From an uncultured Muribaculaceae bacterium (lineage in GTDB: Bacteria > Bacteroidota > Bacteroidia > Bacteroidales > Muribaculaceae), in NCBI GenBank assembly GCA_964606575.1, contig CAZSHA010000003.1, positions 7,570 through 71,569 on the forward strand: DNA of 64,000 bases, written 5' to 3'. The notes under the pieces were generated by a model. The model was not told where the DNA came from and did not search any database. It worked only from the letters and a program-made list of their open reading frames with translations. Below are positions 46,846 through 56,937 of this stretch, piece by piece. Position 1 is the first letter of the stretch; the number at the start of each line of letters is the position of its first letter. A program made the translations under genes and the position numbers.

Positions 46846-48162
46846 TTATTCATCACGCAAAGCATCAGCTGGGAGTTCCGTCACAGCCCCACTAACAGGA
46901 ATAAGCGTTCCTATCAATGTGGTTACAAGCATTATAACATAAGTAACCGCACTCACAACGGTAAACGTTTTTATCGTATCATTCTGCCAATAGCTTTTAT
47001 CTGCCACGTCGTTATCGGAGAATATAAACACGCCTAGATTTTCAGACCACAGACCGTTCTTGTTCACATATAAAGCAACAAGCGACAAACTTACGACAAG
47101 CGCAAACGTAAGCAACATTGACGATTCCGCGCAGAACTGTCTTAAAATGCTCCATTTTGAAGCACCTATACTACGCATTATTCCTATCTCTTGGCGACGA
47201 GTACTAACCCTTATCCAGAACGTACCCACTATTCCTAAGAAAGCACATACAATTCCAAACAGAGCAAACGAGCTATTTAAACGCATTTTATTATACTCAC
47301 CCGTATCTTCAGCAAGCGTAACCGACATTTCATCGAAAGACGTGATACCTGAAACATAAAAATTTCCCGACTTCAATTCAGGTTGTACCTCAGTTTCAAA
47401 ACGTTTCTCAAAATCACTGGCACTCACTCCGTCCTTCAAGCGAAATATAATACAATAGTCATAACCAAACATGCTTGGATTCATTGAGATAACCACAGGA
47501 TATGGCTGGCAATAGTCACGTGCCTTATAATTCTCAAACACCCCTGCTATCTTCAACTTTTTTCCACTGTGATAATATTCTTTTCCCGCTACGTCACTAG
47601 TGCCGAACAACTGTTTTGCTAGATTCTCCGATAGATATTTATAATTATCGGCATCACCTTCTGGCACAACTTTCATTATTTCGCCAGTATTCACATCTTT
47701 AATACCTAAAGTGGTAAACATATCACTACCTTCCATTAGCACTGTAAAGTAGTCAAATGCAAGTATTTTGCTAGTCTGTGTCTTTGTCGTGTCTGCTACC
47801 ATTCCGCCACTTATATTTAACGCCGATGCATTTGGCATAGAGAAATCCATGTTTAACGAGAAACTTTTCACCTCTGGTAAATGCTTTATTTCTCTAACTA
47901 TATTCATATAATGCATCCTTTTTATGGAATCACTTGCCTCAGCATCCTTATCGTAAGTAGGATGCAACTGAGGAAGTCGCTCCAAATTAACCCTATAGGT
48001 TCTAGATGTATCATGACCATTAGGAATGTTCTTATTAGCAATCTGCACACATAACGGATTAAGCACAATCCACAAGAAACAGCCCACTAATAGTAACTCA
48101 AAGAATATCCACACGTTAGATTTACGTTGACTCCACAACTGCCTTAAAATTAACCTTATCAT
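46846..48162 (-). CDS. FtsX/MacB-type ABC permease, subtype A, copy 1
   Basis: The N-terminus is MIRLILRQLWSQRKSNVWIFFELLLVGCFLW. TM1 is followed by a large periplasmic domain and three C-terminal TMs. The C-terminus is ELPADALRDE. Confidence 0.85.
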   Translation of the reverse strand: MIRLILRQLWSQRKSNVWIFFELLLVGCFLWIVLNPLCVQIANKNIPNGHDTSRTYRVNLERLPQLHPTYDKDAEASDSIKRMHYMNIVREIKHLPEVKSFSLNMDFSMPNASALNISGGMVADTTKTQTSKILAFDYFTVLMEGSDMFTTLGIKDVNTGEIMKVVPEGDADNYKYLSENLAKQLFGTSDVAGKEYYHSGKKLKIAGVFENYKARDYCQPYPVVISMNPSMFGYDYCIIFRLKDGVSASDFEKRFETEVQPELKSGNFYVSGITSFDEMSVTLAEDTGEYNKMRLNSSFALFGIVCAFLGIVGTFWIRVSTRRQEIGIMRSIGASKWSILRQFCAESSMLLTFALVVSLSLVALYVNKNGLWSENLGVFIFSDNDVADKSYWQNDTIKTFTVVSAVTYVIMLVTTLIGTLIPVSGAVTELPADALRDE

Positions 48163-48169
48163 AGTAACA

Positions 48170-49459
48170 TCAATGCTTTTGGTTCAATGAATAAACAATA
48201 TTTTTACGTAACGATAATAATGCCGGTACAATTCCCGAAATGAGATTCAAGACAAACACCAGAATCAACATTCCGCCAAATACGGTCCAATTGAACAACA
48301 TTTCCAGCGACAATTTATCGGCTGCAACACCCGAGCGGTTTTTGCCGCTTTCATCAAATAACGTTATAAACCAGTCACCTGCCGTTACAGCTATCATGTA
48401 GCATAACGCCAACCCCAAAAGACCGCCTATTAAAGTCAAAACGAGATTTTCCCACATCACTTGCGATAATATCGAACCGTTAGTTGCACCAAACACCTTG
48501 CGTATACCCATTTCTGGCAAGCGGTCGTTCATCTTAGAAGATATAAGCCCACTTAAATTCAACGCCGGTATCAAAAGCAATGCAAGTAGTATGTACCAGA
48601 ATTTTTCCATTCCTGCTTCATTTTCATCCAAACCAAATGAGATTTCAAACTGCTTAAAGGGTCTGTCATCCCAGATAGAATATATAAACTCTTTGTCTTG
48701 ACTATTATATTTGTCAAACACAGCTTTCACATCTTCCGCCAATGCGGCTTCATCACCAGAATTTCTTACAGTCATAAATATATAGCAAGAACCTATCATC
48801 CACGATTTGCCAAAAATAGTTTCATTTAAATTAAGAGGAATCCACATATCAGCTACCGTTACTTCAGACATTGACCGTGCCACATCTTTCACTACAGCGC
48901 ACACCCGCTTTGCCACTCCATCTACTAGCACCGTTTTACCTACGGCATCATCGCTATTAAATATTTTCTTAGCAAAACTGCTTGTCACTATTACCTTGCT
49001 GGAAGCGGAAACTATATCATCTCTGCTAAAAGGCTTACCTGATATAAATTCAAAATCGAACACATTCCAATACCCATCATCAACTTTCAACTGCGTGCCT
49101 TTTACCGACCCTTTCAGCTTATCGGTTTCTACTTGCACTTCTCTCGCTGGAACTATACCAGAAATATACTCCAAATGCGGCATATCTCTCATCAGCTCCA
49201 CCCATTTATAATTAGCACGTGCTGTTCTTGTATTCCTATTAAGCGTATCACGTGTAGTTTGCCTTATTGTTTTTATTACAAATGTCCTATCACGATTATA
49301 CTCTGGATAAAGCGGAGCTGCCTTAATATATAATATTATTATCAATATCATAGCAAGCCCAACTGATAACGCTGTTCCAGCAATGTAAATGCCTGAATAC
49401 AGCTTGTTCTGCCTCAACAGTGTCCATGCCTGACGTATGTATAATCCTATCTTATTCAT
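48170..49459 (-). CDS. FtsX/MacB-type ABC permease, subtype B, copy 1
   Basis: The N-terminus is ...IRQAWTLLRQNKLYSGIYIAGTALSVGLAM...YPEYNRDRT, and the C-terminus is ...LRKNIVYSLNQKH. Confidence 0.85.
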   Translation of the reverse strand: MNKIGLYIRQAWTLLRQNKLYSGIYIAGTALSVGLAMILIIILYIKAAPLYPEYNRDRTFVIKTIRQTTRDTLNRNTRTARANYKWVELMRDMPHLEYISGIVPAREVQVETDKLKGSVKGTQLKVDDGYWNVFDFEFISGKPFSRDDIVSASSKVIVTSSFAKKIFNSDDAVGKTVLVDGVAKRVCAVVKDVARSMSEVTVADMWIPLNLNETIFGKSWMIGSCYIFMTVRNSGDEAALAEDVKAVFDKYNSQDKEFIYSIWDDRPFKQFEISFGLDENEAGMEKFWYILLALLLIPALNLSGLISSKMNDRLPEMGIRKVFGATNGSILSQVMWENLVLTLIGGLLGLALCYMIAVTAGDWFITLFDESGKNRSGVAADKLSLEMLFNWTVFGGMLILVFVLNLISGIVPALLSLRKNIVYSLNQKH

Positions 49460-49522
49460 TATTTCACTTATTTATAGGCATTGATAATATTCATGCCGAT
49501 TTATCGACTTCGTTGTTCACTC

Positions 49523-50197
49523 TCAACAAACCTGGCGACCATCGAAGAATCGAACTATACGATCGGTCAACTTAGCTTGCTCCTCATTGTGAGTAACCAT
49601 AACGATAGTTCTACCGTCCTCCTTGTTTAACTGATGCAATATACCCATTACCTCTGCACCCATTTTGGAGTCTAGATTACCAGTAGGTTCGTCAGTGAGT
49701 ATAATCTCTGGCTCGCCTATTATAGCACGAGCTATTGCCACACGCTGACATTGACCGCCCGAAAGCTGTGAAGGCATGTGACGCATACGATGACTCAACC
49801 CCACCCTTTCCAATACGGCTTTAGCCTTTGCCACCGACTCACTATGAGAAACTCCACGATAAATCAATGGCAATTGAACATTATCAAGCACATTAAGCGA
49901 CGGTATCAAATGGAACGACTGGAACACGAATCCCAATGTCGCATTACGGAACTTCGCCAATTCGCTGTCCTTCATCTTTGTATCAATCTTCTTGCCGTTT
50001 ATTTCTATAGTTCCGCTTGTAGGAGCATCAAGCAAGCCTATTATGTTCAACAATGTTGACTTTCCGCAACCCGATGGTCCCATTATGCTCAAAAACTCAC
50101 CTTTCTCTACTAGCAAATTAACATTTTCTAGTGCTTGTGTTTCAATCTCATCAGTGTGGTAAACCTTGTTTATACCAGTCAATTTAATCATTTCCAT
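49523..50197 (-). CDS. ABC transporter ATP-binding protein (LolD/MacB-NBD type); the only NBD in the operon
   Basis: Walker A is GPSGCGKST, the signature is LSGGQCQRVAIARA, and Walker B is IILTDEPT. Confidence 0.93.
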   Translation of the reverse strand: MEMIKLTGINKVYHTDEIETQALENVNLLVEKGEFLSIMGPSGCGKSTLLNIIGLLDAPTSGTIEINGKKIDTKMKDSELAKFRNATLGFVFQSFHLIPSLNVLDNVQLPLIYRGVSHSESVAKAKAVLERVGLSHRMRHMPSQLSGGQCQRVAIARAIIGEPEIILTDEPTGNLDSKMGAEVMGILHQLNKEDGRTIVMVTHNEEQAKLTDRIVRFFDGRQVC

Positions 50198-50236
50198 AAT
50201 GTTGTTTATTTTAATTTGTTATTAATATTTTAATTT

Positions 50237-51559
50237 TCACTCGTCACGCAAAGCATCAGCTGGAAGCTCTTGCGACACCTTTAGCACTGGAACTATTGTT
50301 CCTACTAATGCCGTTGCTGTTATCACCAGCCAAGTTATAGCCGAAATCACAGCATAATGCTTCAATGGATTGTTTTGCCAATACTCAGGATTATAATTCC
50401 TTATGGTCATGCCACCCAATGGTTGCGCAAAAAATCCGTTATTGTATACATAATACCCCATAAGCAACAGCACCATTACAAATGCTATTGAAACCAGCAT
50501 CATTGTTTCCGTTACAAATTGTGCTGAAATCTGGGTTGTTGAAGCACCTATACTACGCATCACGCCTATCTCCTGCCTACGGTTTTTAGCTTTAACCCAA
50601 AAAGTTCCTATAGTTCCTAAAAGCACGCACAACAAGCCGAACGAAGCTAATAATATATTTCTCCTTATTACATTAAACACACCGCTCACCTCGCCAAAAT
50701 CATCGGAAATCTTATCCATTGCTATAAGCCCTTTGCAATAATAATTACCTGCTCTAGCGGCATTATTTTCAAAATTTCGCATGAAATCTGCCTTATCAGC
50801 CGAACTTTTCAACTTCACTATAAGATTGTAATAATTATTCATCTCAGTCGTAGGTTCTAGATTTGGTTTCACGTATACGACCATATACTCTGGTTGGTCA
50901 TAGTCCCTAAATTTATAAGAAGCAAAAACTCCAGCTATCTCTGCTTGATACAAAGTAGAACCATTATTAACCCATACTTCTTTACCTTGTACACTCTCGT
51001 CTACTGAAATAGCTTTCGCCATATCTTCCGACACATAAATCTGTCCGTTAACTCCAGCATTTGTGTCTACCGACAAGACTTCACCAGTCCTCGCATCCTT
51101 TAGACCATAAGTTCGCAGCATATCACCCTTTCCTTCTTGATAGAATACGTATCGTATACCTAAAATATATTTGCCAGACATGACATCAGTACTATCCCGA
51201 TACAAGAATGTACCCATAACACCTCGACTATTAGGATAATTCTGAGAGCCTGTCACAGCATAACAATCAATTTCGGGCATAGATACTATTTGATTTACGA
51301 TTTGCTTATAATACTCACAGTTTAACGAATCGTTTTCAATTTCTGCATTAAATTCCAATTGTTTATCGGAATATTTTCTAATATCCACTAAGTATAGTTC
51401 TTGGGTGTCACGCCCTGAATCCATTACAAGCGTTCCTAGAAAAACGCACAACGGATCCAGCACAACCCATAACAACAAGCCAGCAAACATCAGTTCAAAG
51501 AATATCCAAGCATTATTCCTACGCTCGTACCACAATCGGTTGAATATAATCCTAAACAT
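50237..51559 (-). CDS. FtsX/MacB-type ABC permease, subtype A, copy 2
   Basis: The N-terminus is MFRIIFNRLWYERRNNAWIFFELMFAGLLLW, and the C-terminus is ELPADALRDE. Confidence 0.85.
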   Translation of the reverse strand: MFRIIFNRLWYERRNNAWIFFELMFAGLLLWVVLDPLCVFLGTLVMDSGRDTQELYLVDIRKYSDKQLEFNAEIENDSLNCEYYKQIVNQIVSMPEIDCYAVTGSQNYPNSRGVMGTFLYRDSTDVMSGKYILGIRYVFYQEGKGDMLRTYGLKDARTGEVLSVDTNAGVNGQIYVSEDMAKAISVDESVQGKEVWVNNGSTLYQAEIAGVFASYKFRDYDQPEYMVVYVKPNLEPTTEMNNYYNLIVKLKSSADKADFMRNFENNAARAGNYYCKGLIAMDKISDDFGEVSGVFNVIRRNILLASFGLLCVLLGTIGTFWVKAKNRRQEIGVMRSIGASTTQISAQFVTETMMLVSIAFVMVLLLMGYYVYNNGFFAQPLGGMTIRNYNPEYWQNNPLKHYAVISAITWLVITATALVGTIVPVLKVSQELPADALRDE

Positions 51560-51567
51560 AACTCCTC

Positions 51568-52884
51568 CTACTTTTTAGAATTTAAAGAATTAATAATCGA
51601 GCATCTCAATGCTAAAGCTGCAGGTATAATTGCCGACACGACATTCAACACGACACAAAATAACAATGTACAGCAGAACACGGGCAGATTAAACAACATT
51701 CCAGTTGTGATATTGCCTGATAATACAGGAGGTTTACTATTGCTTTCACTTAAAATTGAGGTTATCCAACTATCAGCTGACACAACAATGATAAAACATA
51801 ATATCAAGCCCAAAACGCCACCAATAAACGTCAATAGCAAATTTTCCCAAAACACTTGAGAAAGCAACATAGAATTAGTTGCCCCGTAAGATTTCCTTAT
51901 CCCCAGTTCAGATCTACGGTCACTCATTTTTGATGAAATTAATCCGCTCAAATTCATAGCTGGTATTATCAACAATGCTAACAATATATATATTAATCCA
52001 TCCGCAATGCCAGAAATATATGATCCGCTAAATATAGCCTCGCTCATCACAACAGGTCTATCGGGTATAATGTAATTATACACTTTATCTTGCTCGCTAT
52101 ACTTATTGATGTTATCCATAGCCTCCTCACACAAAGCATCCACAACTCCGCTTGATTTAGCCGTAAGCAGTACTGTGATGTCACCCATCAATCCGTTTGA
52201 GCCTACAGCATTCAAATCGTCTTCATTATCAAAAGGCAACCACATATCACTCGTCACATACGACGACATTGAAGCTGGAACATCTTTCACCACACCGCAC
52301 ACCACGTATGGAATATTGTCCACATTCACAGTCTTACCGACCACCCTATCGGTAGCAAATAGTTGCTTTGCCAAACTTTGTGACAAAACAAGTGTTTTTG
52401 AAAATGACGTAACATCATTTTGATTGAAAGGCTTACCACTTAAAAACTCAAATCCGAAAACGCTCCAATATCCGCCATCAACACCTAGTGGCGTACATTC
52501 TACCTCAGTTTTAGTATTAGGATTCATGACAATTTTAGGCTTATCCATAAATCCGTTATATTTTTTCACTGCACATGCACTTTCCAGATGTGAAAGCCCT
52601 TTCATCATCTTCAGCATATAGTAAGATGCACGATTACCCCACACGTCTTTCTTGTTTGTCGTGTCTTTTGGCACACGAAAAACTTCTGAAATCACCAAGG
52701 TTCTATCTCTATTGTATTCTGGATATATAGATGCGATGTTTACATAAAGCACAATGAACAATGTCATAGCAAGTGCTATAGATAGCCCAGTTCCAGCTAT
52801 ATATATACCCGAGAATAAACGATTTTGCCTTATAATCGTCCAAGACTGCAATATATATAATCTTACCAAACCCATTTTGCCCAT
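51568..52884 (-). CDS. FtsX/MacB-type ABC permease, subtype B, copy 2
   Basis: The N-terminal region reads ...ILQSWTIIRQNRLFSGIYIAGTGLSIALAM...YPEYNRDRT, and the C-terminus is ...LRCSIINSLNSKK. Confidence 0.85.
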   Translation of the reverse strand: MGKMGLVRLYILQSWTIIRQNRLFSGIYIAGTGLSIALAMTLFIVLYVNIASIYPEYNRDRTLVISEVFRVPKDTTNKKDVWGNRASYYMLKMMKGLSHLESACAVKKYNGFMDKPKIVMNPNTKTEVECTPLGVDGGYWSVFGFEFLSGKPFNQNDVTSFSKTLVLSQSLAKQLFATDRVVGKTVNVDNIPYVVCGVVKDVPASMSSYVTSDMWLPFDNEDDLNAVGSNGLMGDITVLLTAKSSGVVDALCEEAMDNINKYSEQDKVYNYIIPDRPVVMSEAIFSGSYISGIADGLIYILLALLIIPAMNLSGLISSKMSDRRSELGIRKSYGATNSMLLSQVFWENLLLTFIGGVLGLILCFIIVVSADSWITSILSESNSKPPVLSGNITTGMLFNLPVFCCTLLFCVVLNVVSAIIPAALALRCSIINSLNSKK

Positions 52885-52893
52885 TGTTTTTAT

Positions 52894-54207
52894 TTATTCG
52901 TCACGCAAAGCATCGGCAGGAAGCTCCTGTGATGCCTTTACCACTGGTATCACAGTCCCTATAATTGATGTAACAAGCATTATAAGATATGTAACTGCCG
53001 AAACAACGACAAAACGTAGAATGTCATTATTTTGCCAATATTGCGGATCTAACTTCTCAAAATTAGTCCTTACACGAGTGAAAAATCCCTCTTTATACAC
53101 ATAGATACCAATAAGTACAAGCACTATAGCAAAAGCTATTGTAACCATATTCAACGATTCTGCCAAGAACTGCTCAACTATCTTTCTTTTTGATGCACCG
53201 ATACTACGCATCACCCCTATTTCTTGCCTACGAGCCTCGGTTGTAATCCAGAATGTTCCCACCATGCCTAAGAATACGCATAACACGCCAAATATAACGA
53301 ATATAGTGTTTTTACGGAACTCGTTATGCACTCCCGATTGTTCATTATACTCATAATTCATGCTTACATAAGAATCAATACCGGAACAATAAAAATTACC
53401 AGCTTTAAGAGTAGGCTTAACCTCAGTATTAAATCTATCAACAAATTCTTTCTCATTCACACCATCCTTCAACTTCAAGAAAAGGTTAACCTTATAAACC
53501 GATTTTCCTTTTAAGCCGTTTACAACATGAATAACATGCTTGACTGGTTGCATCATTTCTCTGAATTTATAAGTTTTGAACACACCGCCTATTTCATAAT
53601 CATTTATATCATCTATAGTACCAGTCCATATAGTTTTACCTACAATATCGGCAGTACCGTATAACGAAAGAGCTAAATCCTCCGACACATATACGAGTTG
53701 TCGCACAGCTGCATCTTTATCTATCGTCATCGGCTTATTTGTCAACGCATTCATAAATCCGAAAGTCTTGAACATATCACTGCCCGCCTCCTGATAAGTA
53801 TAATTAACTACATGTAACTCGCTTTTTGCCTCTCTTATATTAGCACTATCTTTCAATGCGAAATCACTCATATTATTGCCACTATTAGGATAATCCCACA
53901 TAAATGCATAATCTGCGATTTCTGGCATGTTAGCAAGCGTTGTATATAAATGCCTATAATGCTCTTTACACAATTCAGCACTATCAATAGAGGCATTATA
54001 TCTAATGCTATTCTCACCGTATTTCTTTATACTCACCTTGTATACTCCTTTGTCATCCCACCCCTTAGGTAGCGACTTATCGGCATAATTGACACATAAA
54101 GGATCTAGTATCGACCACAAGAATATTCCGGCTATAATCAGTTCCAAGAAAATCCAAACGTTTTGTTTACGCTGGTTCCATAATTGTTTCAAAATCAATC
54201 TTAACAT
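52894..54207 (-). CDS. FtsX/MacB-type ABC permease, subtype A, copy 3
   Basis: The N-terminus is MLRLILKQLWNQRKQNVWIFLELIIAGIFLW, and the C-terminus is ELPADALRDE. Confidence 0.85.
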   Translation of the reverse strand: MLRLILKQLWNQRKQNVWIFLELIIAGIFLWSILDPLCVNYADKSLPKGWDDKGVYKVSIKKYGENSIRYNASIDSAELCKEHYRHLYTTLANMPEIADYAFMWDYPNSGNNMSDFALKDSANIREAKSELHVVNYTYQEAGSDMFKTFGFMNALTNKPMTIDKDAAVRQLVYVSEDLALSLYGTADIVGKTIWTGTIDDINDYEIGGVFKTYKFREMMQPVKHVIHVVNGLKGKSVYKVNLFLKLKDGVNEKEFVDRFNTEVKPTLKAGNFYCSGIDSYVSMNYEYNEQSGVHNEFRKNTIFVIFGVLCVFLGMVGTFWITTEARRQEIGVMRSIGASKRKIVEQFLAESLNMVTIAFAIVLVLIGIYVYKEGFFTRVRTNFEKLDPQYWQNNDILRFVVVSAVTYLIMLVTSIIGTVIPVVKASQELPADALRDE

Positions 54208-54215
54208 AGCTGATA

Positions 54216-55538
54216 TTATTTTTTTAGGTTTAACGAATTAATAATTGTTTGGCGTAATGCCACAACTGCCGGTATAATAGCTGAAACAATGTTTAAAATA
54301 AAGCATATCAAAAGTGTGAACATGAACACTTGCCAATTGAAAAGCATTGCCGGCGATAATTTTCCGCTCGTCAACGTTACATTATAATCTACGGCTGTAT
54401 TGAACAAAGCAATCATCCACTCCTGGGTTGTAAACACCACAAGCAAACATAAAACCAACCCAACAACACCGCCTATCGTGGTCAACAACATATTTTCCCA
54501 TAGCACTTGAGATAGCAACATGCCGTTTGTCGCTCCATAGGTTTTGCGTATACCCAATTCAGGTAAGCGCTTATTCATCTTCGACGAAATGAGTCCGCTA
54601 AGGTTCAAAGCAGGTATGAATATAAGGGCTAGCAATATATACAAAAGTTTATTAGACATTTCTAGACCATTCTCGGTCATAGTCTTAAAAATATTATTTA
54701 TATACAAATCCGGACCAAACTTAACACTATGCTCATATTTTTTATCTTGCTGGCTGAAACGCTTGAACACATCATTTATTTCGGCTTTTAGTTCATCTAC
54801 GTCATTGTTGCTCTTAGCCACCAACAACAATTTTAAATCACCCATCAAAGACTCCGTGTTATTCACATATTCTTGATTAGGAGCTACTGAATATGGCAGC
54901 CATATATCAGATGTCGTATAGTTAGACATTGCCGACGGTACGTCTTTTACTACTCCGCACACCTTATATTCTACGCCATTTATATGTAACAGTTTACCGA
55001 CAACATCATCGGAAGCATATATAAGTTTCGCAAAACTTTGCGATAACACAGCTACTCTCGTGAACGATTCAAAATCGACTTTATAGAACGGCTTCCCATG
55101 TAGAAAATTAAAATCGAACACTCTCCAATATCCATCATCTACATAAAGCGGAAACGCTGGATATTGTTCTTGAGAACCTGCCACTTCAATATAGCTTTCA
55201 GAACCCGCCTCATAATAATTCTGCGTAGATGCTCCTATCTCCTCTAGATGAGGTAAGTTTTCCAACATCTTCAATAAATTGTAAGATGCTAAACGATTCA
55301 TACTCTCTATTCTACCTCCTGTAGTATCTCTCAATGCCTTCTGCACGTAAACGACTTCTAGCGTGCGATCACGCTTATATTCAGGATAAAGCGGAGCCGT
55401 TTTCACATATATCACAATAAATAAGGTCATTATCAAGGCTATAGATAATCCGGTTCCTAGCACATAAATAGCTGAAAACAATTTATTTTGTTTAGCTATT
55501 GCCCATGACTGACGTATGTACAATTTTATATTTCTCAT
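54216..55538 (-). CDS. FtsX/MacB-type ABC permease, subtype B, copy 3
   Basis: The N-terminal region reads ...IRQSWAIAKQNKLFSAIYVLGTGLSIALIM...YPEYKRDRT, and the C-terminus is ...LRQTIINSLNLKK. Confidence 0.85.
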   Translation of the reverse strand: MRNIKLYIRQSWAIAKQNKLFSAIYVLGTGLSIALIMTLFIVIYVKTAPLYPEYKRDRTLEVVYVQKALRDTTGGRIESMNRLASYNLLKMLENLPHLEEIGASTQNYYEAGSESYIEVAGSQEQYPAFPLYVDDGYWRVFDFNFLHGKPFYKVDFESFTRVAVLSQSFAKLIYASDDVVGKLLHINGVEYKVCGVVKDVPSAMSNYTTSDIWLPYSVAPNQEYVNNTESLMGDLKLLLVAKSNNDVDELKAEINDVFKRFSQQDKKYEHSVKFGPDLYINNIFKTMTENGLEMSNKLLYILLALIFIPALNLSGLISSKMNKRLPELGIRKTYGATNGMLLSQVLWENMLLTTIGGVVGLVLCLLVVFTTQEWMIALFNTAVDYNVTLTSGKLSPAMLFNWQVFMFTLLICFILNIVSAIIPAVVALRQTIINSLNLKK

Positions 55539-55561
55539 TTTTTGTTATGTTTTTTGTTATG

Positions 55562-56806
55562 TTATTTGAACCCTACAGTCTTATTAGACTTGAAACGTTT
55601 CATGTCACTTATCACAACTTGATCTCCTTCTTTCAAGCCACTCACCACTTCCACATAATCATAGCTGCTCTCGCCAAGCTCTACTACACGTTTAACAAGT
55701 TCGTCGTTTTCTTCCACAAACAAGCTATATTCGCCAGCACCCACATAAAAAGATGAATTTGGCAATCTAAGTACATTTTCTTTTATAGAATTCACTACAA
55801 ATATATCGGCTCTCAAACCAGAGCGTAAACGCTTATGGTTATCATCTTTAAGCATCACAGTAAAGTGTATCACTCCGTTTTTGCTTAACGGATTAACACT
55901 TCCCACCGTTCCTTCCATATTCTCATTTCCAATCTTCACTATCACTTTTCCACCAGCCTGTACATACTCGCCGTAGGCATCAGCTATAGTTCCGTCTACC
56001 CTGAAATGACTCAAATCGCTCACTACGGCAATCTTACTGCCTTGGCTCACTTGCGCTCCCACTTCATCTACAATCTCTGTTATTATTGCCTTCCTTGGTG
56101 AACGTATTTGGGCATCTTCCAATGTACGCTTAATTTCAGCCAAATTGCGGCTAGCCACATTTATAACAAGCTGTTTTTCCCTTTCATCGGCAGCTTTCAT
56201 TTTTCGCTCGTTTACCAACTGTTGGCGCAACTGCTCTAATTCCAGTCGACTTGTGTTGCATGAGAACTCCACCTCTTTCACCTTATCATGCGTTCCTGAG
56301 CCCAAGCTGTCAAGATAACGTTCGTTTCTCAACTCTGCTTCTAGGCGGTCAAGCTTCATTGCCGCAACTTTAACTTTCATAGCCAAATCATCAAGATAAG
56401 TCTTATTGCTTATCTTTAACCGTTCAAACTCGCTATAACGCATTTTTAACTGGTCTGCCTCACGCTGATAGTCATCTTCGGCACTTTGCAAGTCCAAACG
56501 TAGCAACGGAGTTCCTTCATCCACCGCATCACCGCTATGATGATATATTTCTTTTATCTGAGAATTTATAGGGCAAGTTATCATTTCTTGTTTTGAAGGA
56601 ACTACAGTTCCAGAGCCAGTCAAACTAGGTTCTATATCACCACGCCCAACGATGGCTATATTTATATCGCTTCTTTTCACCTCGGCTTGCGAAAGATCAA
56701 ATATGAATGCTACAATTGCTACACACACAGCCACAGCTATGGCTATACGCAATATCATCTTATTCCTACGTTTCTGTTTTTCTTCTTTCGATATTTCTCT
56801 GTCCAT
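55562..56806 (-). CDS. HlyD/MacA-family periplasmic adaptor (membrane fusion protein)
   Basis: I chose the start at Met45 of the track ORF (MDREISKEEKQKRRNKMILRIAIAVAVCVAIVAF; cat at 56804-56806), which leaves room for the promoter. The protein has a single TM, a coiled-coil hairpin and barrel domains. Confidence 0.85.
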   Translation of the reverse strand: MDREISKEEKQKRRNKMILRIAIAVAVCVAIVAFIFDLSQAEVKRSDINIAIVGRGDIEPSLTGSGTVVPSKQEMITCPINSQIKEIYHHSGDAVDEGTPLLRLDLQSAEDDYQREADQLKMRYSEFERLKISNKTYLDDLAMKVKVAAMKLDRLEAELRNERYLDSLGSGTHDKVKEVEFSCNTSRLELEQLRQQLVNERKMKAADEREKQLVINVASRNLAEIKRTLEDAQIRSPRKAIITEIVDEVGAQVSQGSKIAVVSDLSHFRVDGTIADAYGEYVQAGGKVIVKIGNENMEGTVGSVNPLSKNGVIHFTVMLKDDNHKRLRSGLRADIFVVNSIKENVLRLPNSSFYVGAGEYSLFVEENDELVKRVVELGESSYDYVEVVSGLKEGDQVVISDMKRFKSNKTVGFK

Positions 56807-56839
56807 AAATAATACAAATATTGTTTTTGCATTATTATA

Positions 56840-56858
56840 GAACATATACCGTGCCAAA
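56840..56858 (-). promoter_or_regulatory. candidate sigma-54 (-24/-12) promoter of the efflux operon
   Basis: The minus strand reads TTTGGCACGGTATATGTT. The -24 element TGGCAC is perfect (56856-56851). The -12 element ATGT deviates from TTGC, retaining the G with C changed to T. It lies about 35 nt upstream of the adaptor ATG, and an NtrC-type activator is encoded in the same locus. Confidence 0.5.
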
Positions 56859-56900
56859 ATCATAAACCACTGATTAGCAAGGTATAGCATTTTCAAGAAG

Positions 56901-56929
56901 TGTCCATTTTCGGACAGTATGTCCATTTT
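56901..56929 (-). promoter_or_regulatory. candidate enhancer/UAS: TGTCC-N6-GGACA palindrome plus an extra GTCCATTTT half-site
   Basis: The sequence is TGTCCATTTTCGGACAgtatGTCCATTTTT, located 45-75 nt upstream of the -24 element. This is the typical position for bEBP binding sites. Confidence 0.35.
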
Positions 56930-56937
56930 TATGAACA

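Noticed and set aside
46846-55538. The six similar permease genes as an assembly duplication or collapsed-repeat artefact
   Set aside because: The copies are clearly diverged at both the protein and DNA level, with conservation limited to the termini and TM segments, and each has intact start and stop codons. They are genuine paralogs.
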